Source: Flavobacterium sp.
GTDB lineage: Bacteria > Bacteroidota > Bacteroidia > Flavobacteriales > Flavobacteriaceae
Length of the DNA stretch: 64,000 bases
Assembly (NCBI GenBank): GCA_030151255.1
Contig: JASLED010000019.1
Location: forward strand, 1,342-65,341
Direction: 5' to 3'
The position numbers were made by a program, and so were the translations under genes. The notes under the pieces are model-generated. The model saw nothing but the letters and a program-made list of their open reading frames with translations, ran no database searches and was not told the DNA's origin. Below, in pieces: positions 44,717 through 54,770 of this stretch. The stretch's first letter is position 1; every line of letters starts with the position of its first letter.

Positions 44717-45751
44717 ATGGATAAAGCGATTATTATTGATAAAGCCGTTATAATTGTTGTTGTATTTGCGATTACAATGTTAATGGCAATGTATGCAACA
44801 CTTGCTGAACGAAAAATTGCGGCTTGGATACAAGACCGTTTAGGCCCAAACCGTGCGGGTAAAGGAGGTATTTTACAACCTTTAGCAGATGGTTTAAAGC
44901 TTTTTGCAAAAGAAGAATATCAGCCAAATACACCAAATAAATTCTTATTTAAATTTGGTCCTTTCTTAGCCATGACCTTGGCTTTGATGACAAGTGCTGT
45001 AATGCCTTGGGGAGATAAATTTGAATTATTTGGCAGAGAAATTATTTTACAAGCAGCAGACATCAATGTTGGTTTATTATATGTACTTGCAGTACTTTCT
45101 GTTGGTGTGTATGGTATTATGATTGGGGCTTGGGCTTCTAATAACAAATATTCATTAATGAGTGGTATTCGTGCTGCATCTCAAATGATTTCTTATGAAA
45201 TTGCAATGGGACTTTCATTAATCAGTCTTTTGTTAATTACACAATCAATGAGCATGAGGGAAATTGCTTTACAGCAATCTGGAATGAATTGGAATGTATT
45301 TTATCAACCAATTGGATTCTTAATTTTCTTAATTTGTTCGTTTGCAGAAACCAACAGAGCACCATTTGACTTAGCAGAATGTGAGCAAGAGCTTATTGGT
45401 GGATTCCACACAGAATATTCTTCTATGAAAATGGGATTCTATCTATTTGCAGAGTATGCAAACTTATTTATTTCTGCATCAATTATCTCTGTATTATATT
45501 TTGGAGCATTCAACTATCCAGGAATGTCTTGGGCAGTAGAAAATTGGGGAGTTAATATTGCAAATGTTTTAGGTATTGTAGCCTTATTCGTCAAAATTTG
45601 TTTTTTCATATTTGTTTATATGTGGGTACGTTGGACCTTGCCACGTTTCCGTTATGATCAATTGATGAATTTAGGTTGGAAATCACTAATTCCATTAGCA
45701 TTACTAAACCTTATTGTTACAGCTATTGTTATTCTACTTATAAATAATTAA
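44717..45751 (+). CDS. nuoH: NADH-quinone oxidoreductase subunit H
   Basis: 344 aa polytopic membrane protein with TLAERKIAAWIQDRLGPNR and ETNRAPFDLAECEQEL. Confidence 0.93.
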   Translation: MDKAIIIDKAVIIVVVFAITMLMAMYATLAERKIAAWIQDRLGPNRAGKGGILQPLADGLKLFAKEEYQPNTPNKFLFKFGPFLAMTLALMTSAVMPWGDKFELFGREIILQAADINVGLLYVLAVLSVGVYGIMIGAWASNNKYSLMSGIRAASQMISYEIAMGLSLISLLLITQSMSMREIALQQSGMNWNVFYQPIGFLIFLICSFAETNRAPFDLAECEQELIGGFHTEYSSMKMGFYLFAEYANLFISASIISVLYFGAFNYPGMSWAVENWGVNIANVLGIVALFVKICFFIFVYMWVRWTLPRFRYDQLMNLGWKSLIPLALLNLIVTAIVILLINN

Positions 45752-45753
45752 AC

Positions 45754-46302
45754 ATGTCAACAACAAATACTTATTCTTTATCGGGAAGAAAAAAGACCGT
45801 TTCTAATAAGAAAATGTCTTGGAGTGAGCGCATTTACCTGATAGCTATTGCTAAAGGAATGCTGGTTACCTTAAAACACATGTTTAAAAAGAAGGTAACA
45901 ATTGCTTATCCTGAACATCAACGTCCTTTTAGTAAAGTATATCGAGGAAGACATACCTTGATGAGAGATGAAGAAGGACGCGAAAGATGTACTGCTTGCG
46001 GTTTGTGTGCACTGTCTTGCCCTGCAGAAGCTATTACAATGAAAGCTGCTGAAAGAAAGCCAGAAGAAAAACACTTATACCGCGAAGAAAAATACGCAGA
46101 AATCTACGAAATTAATATGTTGCGTTGTATTTTCTGCGGATTATGTGAAGAAGCTTGTCCTAAACAAGCTATTTATCTTACAAAATCTGGAGAAATTGCA
46201 AAGTCTGACAGCTCGCGTGAAAACTTTATCTACGGAAAAGAAAAGTTAGTAATGCCATTAGATGCAGCTATTGCTAATACTAACAATCATAATCAAGCAT
46301 AA
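45754..46302 (+). CDS. nuoI: NADH-quinone oxidoreductase subunit I
   Basis: 182 aa with two 4Fe-4S ferredoxin motifs (CTACGLCALSCP; CIFCGLCEEACP). Confidence 0.92.
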   Translation: MSTTNTYSLSGRKKTVSNKKMSWSERIYLIAIAKGMLVTLKHMFKKKVTIAYPEHQRPFSKVYRGRHTLMRDEEGRERCTACGLCALSCPAEAITMKAAERKPEEKHLYREEKYAEIYEINMLRCIFCGLCEEACPKQAIYLTKSGEIAKSDSSRENFIYGKEKLVMPLDAAIANTNNHNQA

Positions 46303-46304
46303 TT

Positions 46305-46820
46305 ATGGTAGATATTTTATTTTACATTCTTTCGACAATTACACTCGGAAGTGCAGTCCTTACCGTACTGAGCAAAAATCCAATTCACAGTGCGCTATGG
46401 TTGGTAGTAAGTTTTTTCTCTATTGCTGGTCATTATATCTTATTAAACTCGCAATTTTTAGGAATGATTCATATTATGGTTTATTCTGGTGCCATCATGA
46501 TTTTGATGTTGTTTACCATTATGCTTATGAACCTAAATATTAGTCACGAAGTTTCTAAACCATTTGTTACAAAAGTTGTTGCTACAATAGCATTTTGTTT
46601 GGTTGGTTTATTGCTTCTTTCTATCACGCTAAGAGGTAATCAGGCTTATGAATTAGCTTATGCAAATACAGGAGAAGATTTTCAGTCGGTTCAAGTATTA
46701 GGAAAAGTATTATTAAACGAATACGTTGTTCCTTTTGAAATGATTGCTGTATTGTTATTACTAGCAATGATTGGAGCTGTATTGATTTCTAAAAAAGACA
46801 AAACAGATAAAGCAGCATAA
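46305..46820 (+). CDS. nuoJ: NADH-quinone oxidoreductase subunit J
   Basis: 171 aa hydrophobic protein in the conserved position between nuoI and nuoK. Confidence 0.88.
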   Translation: MVDILFYILSTITLGSAVLTVLSKNPIHSALWLVVSFFSIAGHYILLNSQFLGMIHIMVYSGAIMILMLFTIMLMNLNISHEVSKPFVTKVVATIAFCLVGLLLLSITLRGNQAYELAYANTGEDFQSVQVLGKVLLNEYVVPFEMIAVLLLLAMIGAVLISKKDKTDKAA

Positions 46821-46822
46821 TT

Positions 46823-47143
46823 ATGGAAAATATAATCGAAATCATAGGTATTGATAAGTATATCTATTTATCTATCATATTATTCTGCATAGGAATATTT
46901 GGAATACTATTTAGACGTAATGCAATTGTAATGTTTATGTGTATTGAAATTATGTTGAACTCTGCTAACATGTTGTTAGTTGCATTTTCAACCTATCATC
47001 AAGATGCACAAGGGCAAGTTTTTGTATTCTTTACAATGGCAGTTGCTGCGGCAGAAGTTGCAGTAGGATTAGCCATTTTAGTATCTATTTACAGAAACAT
47101 AGGATCAATTGATATTGATAATTTAAAAAACTTAAAAGGATAA
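46823..47143 (+). CDS. nuoK: NADH-quinone oxidoreductase subunit K
   Basis: 106 aa with three TM helices and the conserved context MCIEIMLNSAN. Confidence 0.9.
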   Translation: MENIIEIIGIDKYIYLSIILFCIGIFGILFRRNAIVMFMCIEIMLNSANMLLVAFSTYHQDAQGQVFVFFTMAVAAAEVAVGLAILVSIYRNIGSIDIDNLKNLKG

Positions 47144-47149
47144 TTCCGC

Positions 47150-49036
47150 ATGGATACAAACGTAATTTTACTTTTATTATTAGTCCCACTTATTGGGTCT
47201 TTGGTTAATATTTTCTTCGGAAAAAAATTAGGTAATGGTTCTGGAATTATTGCAACTTTAGCGATTTTAATTTCATTTATCATTTCAGTTACAGCGTTTA
47301 TACAAGTATATAACACGAAAGAAGCAATTCAGGTAGATTTATTCGAATGGATGGCTTTGGCAAACTTCAAAGTTTCATTTGGTTTTTTACTAGATCAATT
47401 ATCATTGTTATGGTTATTATTTGTTACTGGTATTGGAACACTGATTCACTGGTACTCTACAAGCTATATGAAAGGCGACGAGAATTTCCATAAATTCTTT
47501 GCTTATCTAAACTTGTTTATCTTCTTCATGATTATGTTAGTTACAGGTAGCAACTTGTTAATTACTTTTATTGGATGGGAAGGCGTTGGACTTTGTTCTT
47601 ACTTATTAATCGGATTTTGGCACAAAAACCAATCATACAATGATGCGGCTAAAAAAGCTTTTATCATGAACCGTATAGGAGATTTAGGTTTCTTAATCGG
47701 AGTATTCATTTTGGCTTTCTTATTCCAATCATTAGATTATATGACGATTAAAGAAGCGTTATTAAACGGAACAAATCATCAAATAAACACTTGGATTGGT
47801 TGGGCAGCTTTAGCATTATTTATTGGAGCTGTTGGTAAAAGTGCACAAATTCCACTTTATACTTGGTTACCAGATGCGATGGCAGGACCTACACCAGTTT
47901 CTGCATTAATTCACGCGGCAACGATGGTAACGGCGGGTATTTTCTTAATTACTCGTTTAAACTTTGTTTTTGATCTTGCGCCACAAATTCAAAATATAAT
48001 TGCAATTATTGGAGCTATTACAGCTTTATTTGCAGCTACAATTGGATTAGTACAAACAGACATTAAAAAAGTATTGGCTTACTCAACGGTATCTCAGTTA
48101 GGTTTAATGTTTATGGCAATCGGATTTGCAGCTTATGAAATTGCAGTATTTCACGTAGTAACACACGCTTTCTTTAAAGCTTGTTTATTCTTAGGTTCTG
48201 GTTCGGTAATTCACGCAATGGGTGGAGAACAAGATATGCGAAAAATGGGTGGATTAAAGAAATTTATGCCTGCAACGTATGCTACTTTCTTGTTAGCAAC
48301 TTTGGCAATTTCTGGGTTTCCTCCTTTTTCAGGATTTTTCTCTAAGGATGAAATCTTAATGACAGCTTTTAGCCACAACAAAGTATTGTATATTTTAGGT
48401 TCGTTAGCCTCTATTATGACGGCTTTCTATATGTTTAGATTATTGTTCTTAACTTTCTTTAAAAATTTCAGAGGAACACAAGAACAAAAAAATCATTTAC
48501 ATGAAAGTCCTCTAGCAATTACTGCTCCATTATGGATATTAGCTATTTTATCAGTTGTTGGTGGATTAATTAGTTTTCCAGGAAATAGTTGGTTAAATAA
48601 CTACTTATCTCCAGTAATTGTACACAATGCAAATGCACATCCGCACGAATTTGGTACAACAGAATATATTTTAATGGCTATTGCTATTATTGGCGCATTT
48701 ATTGGTTTATTTATTGCGTATAGCAAATACATTCAAAAAAATGAAACGCCTCCTGCAGACGATCAAATGCATGGTTTACACAAGGTTTTATACAATAAAT
48801 ATTATATTGATGAAGCTTATATGAAGGTAATTGTAAAACCAATTTATACTTTATCTTTATTTTTTAGAGATGTGGTAGAAGTAACTTTATCTGGAGTTAT
48901 TCTTGGTTTGGCCAAAATAACTGACGGTTTATCACTGCAAGGTAAAAAAGCACAAAACGGAAACATTGGTTTCTATTTATTTGCTTTTGTATTTGGCATT
49001 TGTTTGATATTGTATTATTTATTCATTGCAAGATAA
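47150..49036 (+). CDS. nuoL: NADH-quinone oxidoreductase subunit L
   Basis: 628 aa antiporter-like subunit (GWEGVGLCSYLLIGFW; KSAQIPLYTWLPDAMAGPTPVSALIHAATMVTAG). Confidence 0.93.
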   Translation: MDTNVILLLLLVPLIGSLVNIFFGKKLGNGSGIIATLAILISFIISVTAFIQVYNTKEAIQVDLFEWMALANFKVSFGFLLDQLSLLWLLFVTGIGTLIHWYSTSYMKGDENFHKFFAYLNLFIFFMIMLVTGSNLLITFIGWEGVGLCSYLLIGFWHKNQSYNDAAKKAFIMNRIGDLGFLIGVFILAFLFQSLDYMTIKEALLNGTNHQINTWIGWAALALFIGAVGKSAQIPLYTWLPDAMAGPTPVSALIHAATMVTAGIFLITRLNFVFDLAPQIQNIIAIIGAITALFAATIGLVQTDIKKVLAYSTVSQLGLMFMAIGFAAYEIAVFHVVTHAFFKACLFLGSGSVIHAMGGEQDMRKMGGLKKFMPATYATFLLATLAISGFPPFSGFFSKDEILMTAFSHNKVLYILGSLASIMTAFYMFRLLFLTFFKNFRGTQEQKNHLHESPLAITAPLWILAILSVVGGLISFPGNSWLNNYLSPVIVHNANAHPHEFGTTEYILMAIAIIGAFIGLFIAYSKYIQKNETPPADDQMHGLHKVLYNKYYIDEAYMKVIVKPIYTLSLFFRDVVEVTLSGVILGLAKITDGLSLQGKKAQNGNIGFYLFAFVFGICLILYYLFIAR

Positions 49037-49045
49037 TTTAGAAAG

Positions 49046-50479
49046 ATGAACGTAACTATATTATTATTAACGTTATTAGTTGGTGCATTTGTAACCTATT
49101 TAGCTGGAAAAAAACTTGCTTCAAAAACTGCGTTAGGTTTTGGAATCATTGCTTTTATTGAAACAGCTTTTATTATTTGCCAACACAATTCAGGAATTAA
49201 CTCAAGTTTTACCACGCAATGGATATCTAATCCAAACATTCATTTTGCCTTAAAGGCAGACGGTTTGTCATTAGCTTTGGTATTACTTACAACTTTGTTA
49301 ACTCCTTTAATTATATTATCATCATTTGGTAATCATATTAAAAATTCAAATTTATTTTATGCACTTGTATTGTTTATGTCATTTGCAATGACGGGTACAT
49401 TTTTAGCATCAGATGGATTTTTATATTATATTTTTTGGGAGTTAGCCTTAATTCCTATTTACTTTATTGCTCTATTATGGGGGAATGATACCTTTGAAGC
49501 GCGCAAGAAAGCAATCTTTACTTTCTTTATCTATACGTTTGCAGGTTCATTATTCATGTTGGTAGGTTTTATCTATCTATACCAAAAAACAGGCAGTTTC
49601 TTGTTACATGATTTGTACAATGCTAGCCTAACTTCAAATGAACAATTTTGGATTTTCTTAGCGTTCTTTATTGCTTATGCTATTAAAATTCCTATTTTTC
49701 CTTTCCATACTTGGCAGCCTTCTACTTACGAAAAAGCACCAGCGGTTGGAACAATGCTTTTATCAGGAATTATGCTAAAGATGGGACTTTATTCTATCAT
49801 TAGATGGCAATTGCCAATTGCTCCTTCGGCAGCAAAAGACTTAATGCCAACAATTCTTGTATTGTGTTTAATTGGTGTTGTTTATGGTTCTATTATAGCC
49901 TTAAGACAAGTAAATATTAAAAGATTTTTTGCTTATTCTTCATTGGCTCACGTTGGATTAATTGCAGCTGGAGCATATAGCTTAACATTAGACGGATTAC
50001 TAGGATCTGTTTATCAAATGCTGGCACACGGATTTGTAATTGTTGGGTTATTTTATGTGGCTGAGATTATCTTTTCAAGATATCAAACAAGAAATATTAA
50101 TGAAATGGGAGGAATTCGTCAACAAGCACCACAATTCACTTCATTATTCATGATCTTACTATTTGCATCAATTGGTTTGCCAGGAACTTTTAGTTTTATT
50201 GGTGAGTTTAACCTATTGTTTGGTTTATCTCAAGTAAATTTAGGTTATGCAATTGTTGGAGGTACAAGTATTATTTTAGGAGCTTTTTATATGTTGAGAA
50301 TGTTCCAAAAATCAATGCTTGGAGAAACTAATTCAAAAGTATTTGTGGATATAAATACAAACGAAAAAATAGTATTAGGCACACTTGTTCTTATTGTTAT
50401 TTTCTTGGGTATTTATCCAAAGCCAATTACAGACTTGATTACACCAAGTTTAGTTGAAATAGTATCATACATTAAATAG
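49046..50479 (+). CDS. nuoM: NADH-quinone oxidoreductase subunit M
   Basis: 477 aa antiporter-like subunit (FYIFWELALIPIYF; IPIFPFHTW) in the conserved gene order. Confidence 0.92.
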   Translation: MNVTILLLTLLVGAFVTYLAGKKLASKTALGFGIIAFIETAFIICQHNSGINSSFTTQWISNPNIHFALKADGLSLALVLLTTLLTPLIILSSFGNHIKNSNLFYALVLFMSFAMTGTFLASDGFLYYIFWELALIPIYFIALLWGNDTFEARKKAIFTFFIYTFAGSLFMLVGFIYLYQKTGSFLLHDLYNASLTSNEQFWIFLAFFIAYAIKIPIFPFHTWQPSTYEKAPAVGTMLLSGIMLKMGLYSIIRWQLPIAPSAAKDLMPTILVLCLIGVVYGSIIALRQVNIKRFFAYSSLAHVGLIAAGAYSLTLDGLLGSVYQMLAHGFVIVGLFYVAEIIFSRYQTRNINEMGGIRQQAPQFTSLFMILLFASIGLPGTFSFIGEFNLLFGLSQVNLGYAIVGGTSIILGAFYMLRMFQKSMLGETNSKVFVDINTNEKIVLGTLVLIVIFLGIYPKPITDLITPSLVEIVSYIK

Positions 50480-50528
50480 AGTTTTAAAAATTTAGCTTGT
50501 ACTAAGCAATAATTCCAAAATATAAAAA

Positions 50529-51908
50529 ATGAATACATTAATAGCAATTGGAGTATTAGCGGTAATAGTTTTAATAGCAGAGATTATTAACTTGAGAAAG
50601 TTGATAATTCCGGTAGCTATTGCAGGACTATTAGGTATCTTGGGTTATACCCTTTGTAATATTGATGTTGTGGAAGCATATTATAACAATATGTTTGTTT
50701 CAACACGATTCTCTACCGCCTTTTCATCTTTGTTTATTGCACTTACCATTTTGTTAATTGCTTTGAGTAAAGATTTTTATCAAGATCAGTATTCGAAAAT
50801 ATCAGATTACATTTCTTTAAAGCTCTTCTTATTAATGGGAGCAATTTCCATGGTAAGTTTTGGAAATATGGCAATGTTTTTTGTAGGATTAGAAATATTA
50901 TCAATTACGTTATATATCCTTTGTGGTGCAGACTACAAGAATATCAAGAGTAACGAATCTGCAATGAAGTATTTCCTATTGGGTTCATTTGCTTCAGGAA
51001 TAATTCTTTTCGGAATTGCTTTAATTTATGGAGCAACAGGTTCTTTTGATATTGTAACAATTGCACAAACAGCATCTACCTCAACAATGCCAGTATGGTA
51101 TGGATTGGGTACTATAATGATCCTTATTGGTATGTTATTTAAAATTGCTGCTTTTCCGTTCCATTTTTGGGCGCCAGATGTATACCAAGGAGCACCAAGT
51201 CTTACTACTGCTCTTATGAGTACTTTAGTAAAAGTTACTGCTGTTGCAACACTTTATAAAATTGCAAATAATTTGTTGTTTGATATGTCATCTAGCTATA
51301 CAACAATGTTGGTAGTAATTGCTATCTTAACAATGACAGTTGGAAATATCATGGCTTTGAGACAAGACAATATGAAGCGTCTTTTGGCATATTCTGGTAT
51401 TTCTCATGCTGGATTTATGATGATGTCTCTTGTAGCTTTAGGATTGGCTACACCTCACCTTTTCTATTATGCAACTTCTTATGCTTTTGCAGGAATTGCA
51501 GCTTTTACAGTATTAATTATTGTAACGAAAGGAAAAAACAATGAAGATATAGCAAACTTTAAAGGTTTAGCGAGAAAAAATCCTTTGATGGCTGTAATCC
51601 TAACAATGGCATTATTGTCAATGGGTGGAATACCTATTTTCGCAGGTTTCTTTGGAAAATTCTTTTTATTCACAGATGCAATCAAAAATGGTTTTATCAC
51701 ATTAGTAATTTTTGGAGTAATCAATTCATTCATCAGTATTTATTACTACTTAAAAGTTGTTGTATCGATGTTTACCACAACAGATACTGAAGATGAAACT
51801 ACGGCTATTACTGTTCCAATTACCTATAAAATTGTAGGTATTGTATCAACAATACTAATTGTTTTATTTGGACTTTGTCCTTCACTACTTTTAGATCTGT
51901 TTCAATAA
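50529..51908 (+). CDS. nuoN: NADH-quinone oxidoreductase subunit N
   Basis: 459 aa antiporter-like subunit (AAFPFHFWAPDVYQGAP). It is the last gene of the operon and a terminator follows it. Confidence 0.92.
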   Translation: MNTLIAIGVLAVIVLIAEIINLRKLIIPVAIAGLLGILGYTLCNIDVVEAYYNNMFVSTRFSTAFSSLFIALTILLIALSKDFYQDQYSKISDYISLKLFLLMGAISMVSFGNMAMFFVGLEILSITLYILCGADYKNIKSNESAMKYFLLGSFASGIILFGIALIYGATGSFDIVTIAQTASTSTMPVWYGLGTIMILIGMLFKIAAFPFHFWAPDVYQGAPSLTTALMSTLVKVTAVATLYKIANNLLFDMSSSYTTMLVVIAILTMTVGNIMALRQDNMKRLLAYSGISHAGFMMMSLVALGLATPHLFYYATSYAFAGIAAFTVLIIVTKGKNNEDIANFKGLARKNPLMAVILTMALLSMGGIPIFAGFFGKFFLFTDAIKNGFITLVIFGVINSFISIYYYLKVVVSMFTTTDTEDETTAITVPITYKIVGIVSTILIVLFGLCPSLLLDLFQ

Positions 51909-51931
51909 GGTTAAACTAACTAATCAAAAAA

Positions 51932-51967
51932 AGCTGAGTATTCTCAAAAAGAAACTTAGCTTTTTTT
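51932..51967 (+). terminator. terminator downstream of nuoN
   Basis: The arm aagctgagt pairs with acttagctt (one G-U pair) and runs into a T7 run. Confidence 0.6.
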
Positions 51968-52036
51968 ATGCATATTTTTTTTTAGAAGAGAGTAGTTACC
52001 AACTTGTGGAAATAACTTTCAATCTTACCAACTAAT

Positions 52037-52071
52037 AAAAAAAACGGCTCTTAAAAAGAGCCGCTTTTTTT
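52037..52071. terminator. bidirectional terminator at the end of the feo operon
   Basis: An A8 run, the hairpin cggctctt-aaa-aagagccg (52045-52063), and c plus a T7 run. Confidence 0.7.
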
Positions 52072-52075
52072 AGTA

Positions 52076-52216
52076 TTAAGAACATCCGCAGTTACTACCG
52101 CAAGACGAACCTCCATCATTATTTTTTTTACGTGATTTTTTCCAGAAAAACTTCTTGATAAGATAAGCTACTGCAAAAACAAGTAAACCATATGTAATTA
52201 TTTCTTGATAATCCAT
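52076..52216 (-). CDS. FeoB-associated Cys-rich small membrane protein (46 aa; below the ORF-track cutoff)
   Basis: Hand translation of the minus strand gives MDYQEIITYGLLVFAVAYLIKKFFWKKSRKKNNDGGSSCGSNCGCS*. It has one TM helix, a basic stretch and a C-terminal CGSNCGC cluster. The ATG lies 6 nt downstream of the feoB stop, and a terminator follows at 52037-52071. Confidence 0.6.
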   Translation of the reverse strand: MDYQEIITYGLLVFAVAYLIKKFFWKKSRKKNNDGGSSCGSNCGCS

Positions 52217-52222
52217 TTTACA

Positions 52223-54325
52223 CTATTTCAATAATTGATAAGCAATAAAACCTGCTAAATAAGCTAATCCTGTCATGAATACAACTTGATAGATGGTCCA
52301 TTTCCAAGATTTAGTTTCTCTGCGTGTAATAGCAACTGTTGAGGCACATTGCATTGCAAAAGCATAAAAGAACATTAGCGAAATACCGGTTGCCATAGTA
52401 AATACTTTTTCTCCTGTTTCTGGCCAAACCTCAGCTTCCATTCTAGATTTAATGGTTTCTTCTTCCTCTCCGCTAGATCCAACATTATAAATCGTAGCTA
52501 ACGTTCCTACAAAAACTTCTCTTGCTACAAACGATGTCATCACTGCAATTCCAATTTTCCAATCGTATCCTAAAGGCTTTAAAACAGGTTCTATCTTTTT
52601 ACCTACAATACCTATGTACGAATTTTCTAATTTGTAGCCTGCTACGTAATCTTCAAACTCTTCTTCTGACAGTTCAACTCCTTTGTATTTTTCTGTAATT
52701 ACTTCTTCTGCCACATCATATCTTGCACTTGGTCCGTGCGAGCCTAAAAACCATAAGATAATTGACAATACAAAAATAATTTTTCCTGCACCTACAACAA
52801 ATGATTTTGTTTTTTCGTACATCGTAGAAATAACACTTTTTGCAATTGGCATTCTATAATCGGGCATTTCGATAACAAAATAGGACTTATACGGAACTTT
52901 TATAATTTGTTTTAGTACCCACGCACTCAACAAAGCAAAAAGGAACCCGATAAAGTAAAACATTGTCATTGTTAACCCTTGCAGACTAATAAAACCTAGC
53001 AATTTTGTATCAGGAATAATAATAGATATTAAAATAATATATACTGGAATACGCGCCGAACAAGTAGTAAAGGGTGTAACCAAAATTGTAATTAATCGCT
53101 CTTTTGGATTTTCGATATTTCTTGCAGACATAATTGCAGGAATAGCACATGCGTTTCCAGAAATTAAAGGTACAACTGATTTTCCGCTCAATCCGAAAGG
53201 ACGCATTACACGATCCATTAAGAAAACCACTCTACTCATATAACCTGTTTCTTCTAAAATAGAAATAAACATAAATAAGATGGCTATTTGCGGAATAAAA
53301 GGCATAATACCTCCAATACCTGGCACAATACCATCGGCTATTAAATCTGTTAATTTACCAGGTGCCATTACTTGATGTACCCAACCAGACAATTCGCCAA
53401 ATTTATCGTCGATCCAGTCCATTGGATAACTTGACCATTCGAAAATTGCTTGGAATACCAACAGCATAATAGCAAAGAAAATAACATATCCCCAAACTTT
53501 ATCGGTTAACAAACGATCTACTCTACTGCGAATATCTTTTGCTTTTGATTTATCTTTTACATAAGAATCTTTTAGAACTTCTGTAATATATTGGTAACGT
53601 TTAATTGTTTTACGCTGTTGTAAACGTTTTATTTCTGATTCAGACAATGAAATTCCTTTTGCTTCGATATCTTTTTTAGAAATAGAACCTATTACAATAT
53701 CTTGTGTAAGAATCATCCACAGTCTGTAAACAGATAAACTAGGATAACTTAAAGCTAATTTGCTAAAAAAATCTTCGTCTACAACTGTTGTGTTTACACA
53801 AGATTCTGTAGAATATTGTGCGTAATCTAAAATTGCTTGTTTTAATTCATCAATACCTAAGTTCTTTTTAGCACTAACCAATACAATTTTGGTTTTTAGT
53901 TCTTCTTGAAGTTTTTCAATATTGATGCTAATTCCTTTTGTTTCCATTGTATCAGCCATATTAATGACTAATAAAGTTGGAATACCCAATTCTTTTACTT
54001 GAGTAAATAACAAAAGATTTCGTTTAATATTTTCGATATCAACTACAACAATTGCTAAGTCTGGATAATCATTATTGCTTGGTTCAAACAATAAATCCAT
54101 TACAATTTTTTCGTCTAAAGAACTTGCATTGATACTATATGTTCCTGGCAAATCAATAATTGTAGCTACATCTCCATTATCAAACTTTATGTTACCACTT
54201 TTTTTATCGACAGTAATACCTGGGTAATTTCCTATTTTGTGATTTAATCCTGTAAGCGCATTAAATACAGAAGTTTTTCCAACGTTTGGATTTCCAAGTA
54301 ATGCAACTTTAATATTATTTTTCAT
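52223..54325 (-). CDS. feoB: ferrous iron transporter FeoB
   Basis: 700 aa with the N-terminal G-domain (GNPNVGKTSVFNALTG; DLPGTYS; NMAD) followed by a polytopic membrane domain. Confidence 0.93.
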   Translation of the reverse strand: MKNNIKVALLGNPNVGKTSVFNALTGLNHKIGNYPGITVDKKSGNIKFDNGDVATIIDLPGTYSINASSLDEKIVMDLLFEPSNNDYPDLAIVVVDIENIKRNLLLFTQVKELGIPTLLVINMADTMETKGISINIEKLQEELKTKIVLVSAKKNLGIDELKQAILDYAQYSTESCVNTTVVDEDFFSKLALSYPSLSVYRLWMILTQDIVIGSISKKDIEAKGISLSESEIKRLQQRKTIKRYQYITEVLKDSYVKDKSKAKDIRSRVDRLLTDKVWGYVIFFAIMLLVFQAIFEWSSYPMDWIDDKFGELSGWVHQVMAPGKLTDLIADGIVPGIGGIMPFIPQIAILFMFISILEETGYMSRVVFLMDRVMRPFGLSGKSVVPLISGNACAIPAIMSARNIENPKERLITILVTPFTTCSARIPVYIILISIIIPDTKLLGFISLQGLTMTMFYFIGFLFALLSAWVLKQIIKVPYKSYFVIEMPDYRMPIAKSVISTMYEKTKSFVVGAGKIIFVLSIILWFLGSHGPSARYDVAEEVITEKYKGVELSEEEFEDYVAGYKLENSYIGIVGKKIEPVLKPLGYDWKIGIAVMTSFVAREVFVGTLATIYNVGSSGEEEETIKSRMEAEVWPETGEKVFTMATGISLMFFYAFAMQCASTVAITRRETKSWKWTIYQVVFMTGLAYLAGFIAYQLLK

Positions 54326-54352
54326 TTAGATAATTTATCTTTTACTACTTTC

Positions 54353-54580
54353 TTACTTTATTTCGATCAAAATTTCTTTGGCAAGTTCTTTACGAATAGA
54401 CAAATGAGTATCGTTGATGCACAAATAAAGCGGATCACCAAAAGGTGCTACTTCCAATAGCTCAACATCATTTCCTGGCAAACAACCCATTTCTAATAGT
54501 TTCAATGGTACATTGTACATATCGAAATTAGCAATTACAGCTTTTTGATTTTTCTTAAGTAAGTCTAATGTTGTATTCAC
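54353..54580 (-). CDS. feoA: ferrous iron transport protein FeoA
   Basis: SH3-like FeoA pattern (LKKNQKAVIANF...LLEMGCLPGNDVELLEVAPFGDPLYL). The ORF has no upstream in-frame ATG. GTG at 54580 (M)NTTLDLLKK gives a typical 75-aa FeoA. The track TTG at 54607 sits inside a possible -7 box. The start is uncertain. Confidence 0.8.
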   Translation of the reverse strand: MNTTLDLLKKNQKAVIANFDMYNVPLKLLEMGCLPGNDVELLEVAPFGDPLYLCINDTHLSIRKELAKEILIEIK

Positions 54581-54723
54581 CTTATTTAGATTTAATTTAT
54601 ATTGCAAAAATAAACATTTAAAAAAGATATGTCCTATTAATTCTTATTTATTCACCTAATTACAACAATACTATACTGTTAATTAAATTCAAAACTATTG
54701 AAATATGCAAAAATGACAACCAC

Positions 54724-54762
54724 AAAAAAACGCTTTCAACAAGAAGCTAAAAGCGTTTTTTT
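54724..54762. terminator. terminator downstream of the SCO-family gene
   Basis: An A7 run, cgcttt (54731-54736) pairing with aaagcg (54750-54755), and a T7 run. The loop is about 13 nt. Confidence 0.5.
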
Positions 54763-54770
54763 ATTCAGTT

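Noticed and set aside
46262-46543. 93-aa plus-strand ORF in an alternative frame across the nuoI/nuoJ junction.
   Set aside because: It overlaps the well-supported nuoJ reading frame on the same strand. There is no independent signal, and the product is not hydrophobic in the Nuo-like way.
54608-54770. Possible Fur box upstream of feoAB (aataagaattaatagga on the minus strand, around 54633-54649).
   Set aside because: It resembles the enterobacterial GATAATGATAATCATTATC consensus only loosely. In DNA this AT-rich, such partial matches are expected by chance, and the Fur motif for this lineage is not something I can verify here.
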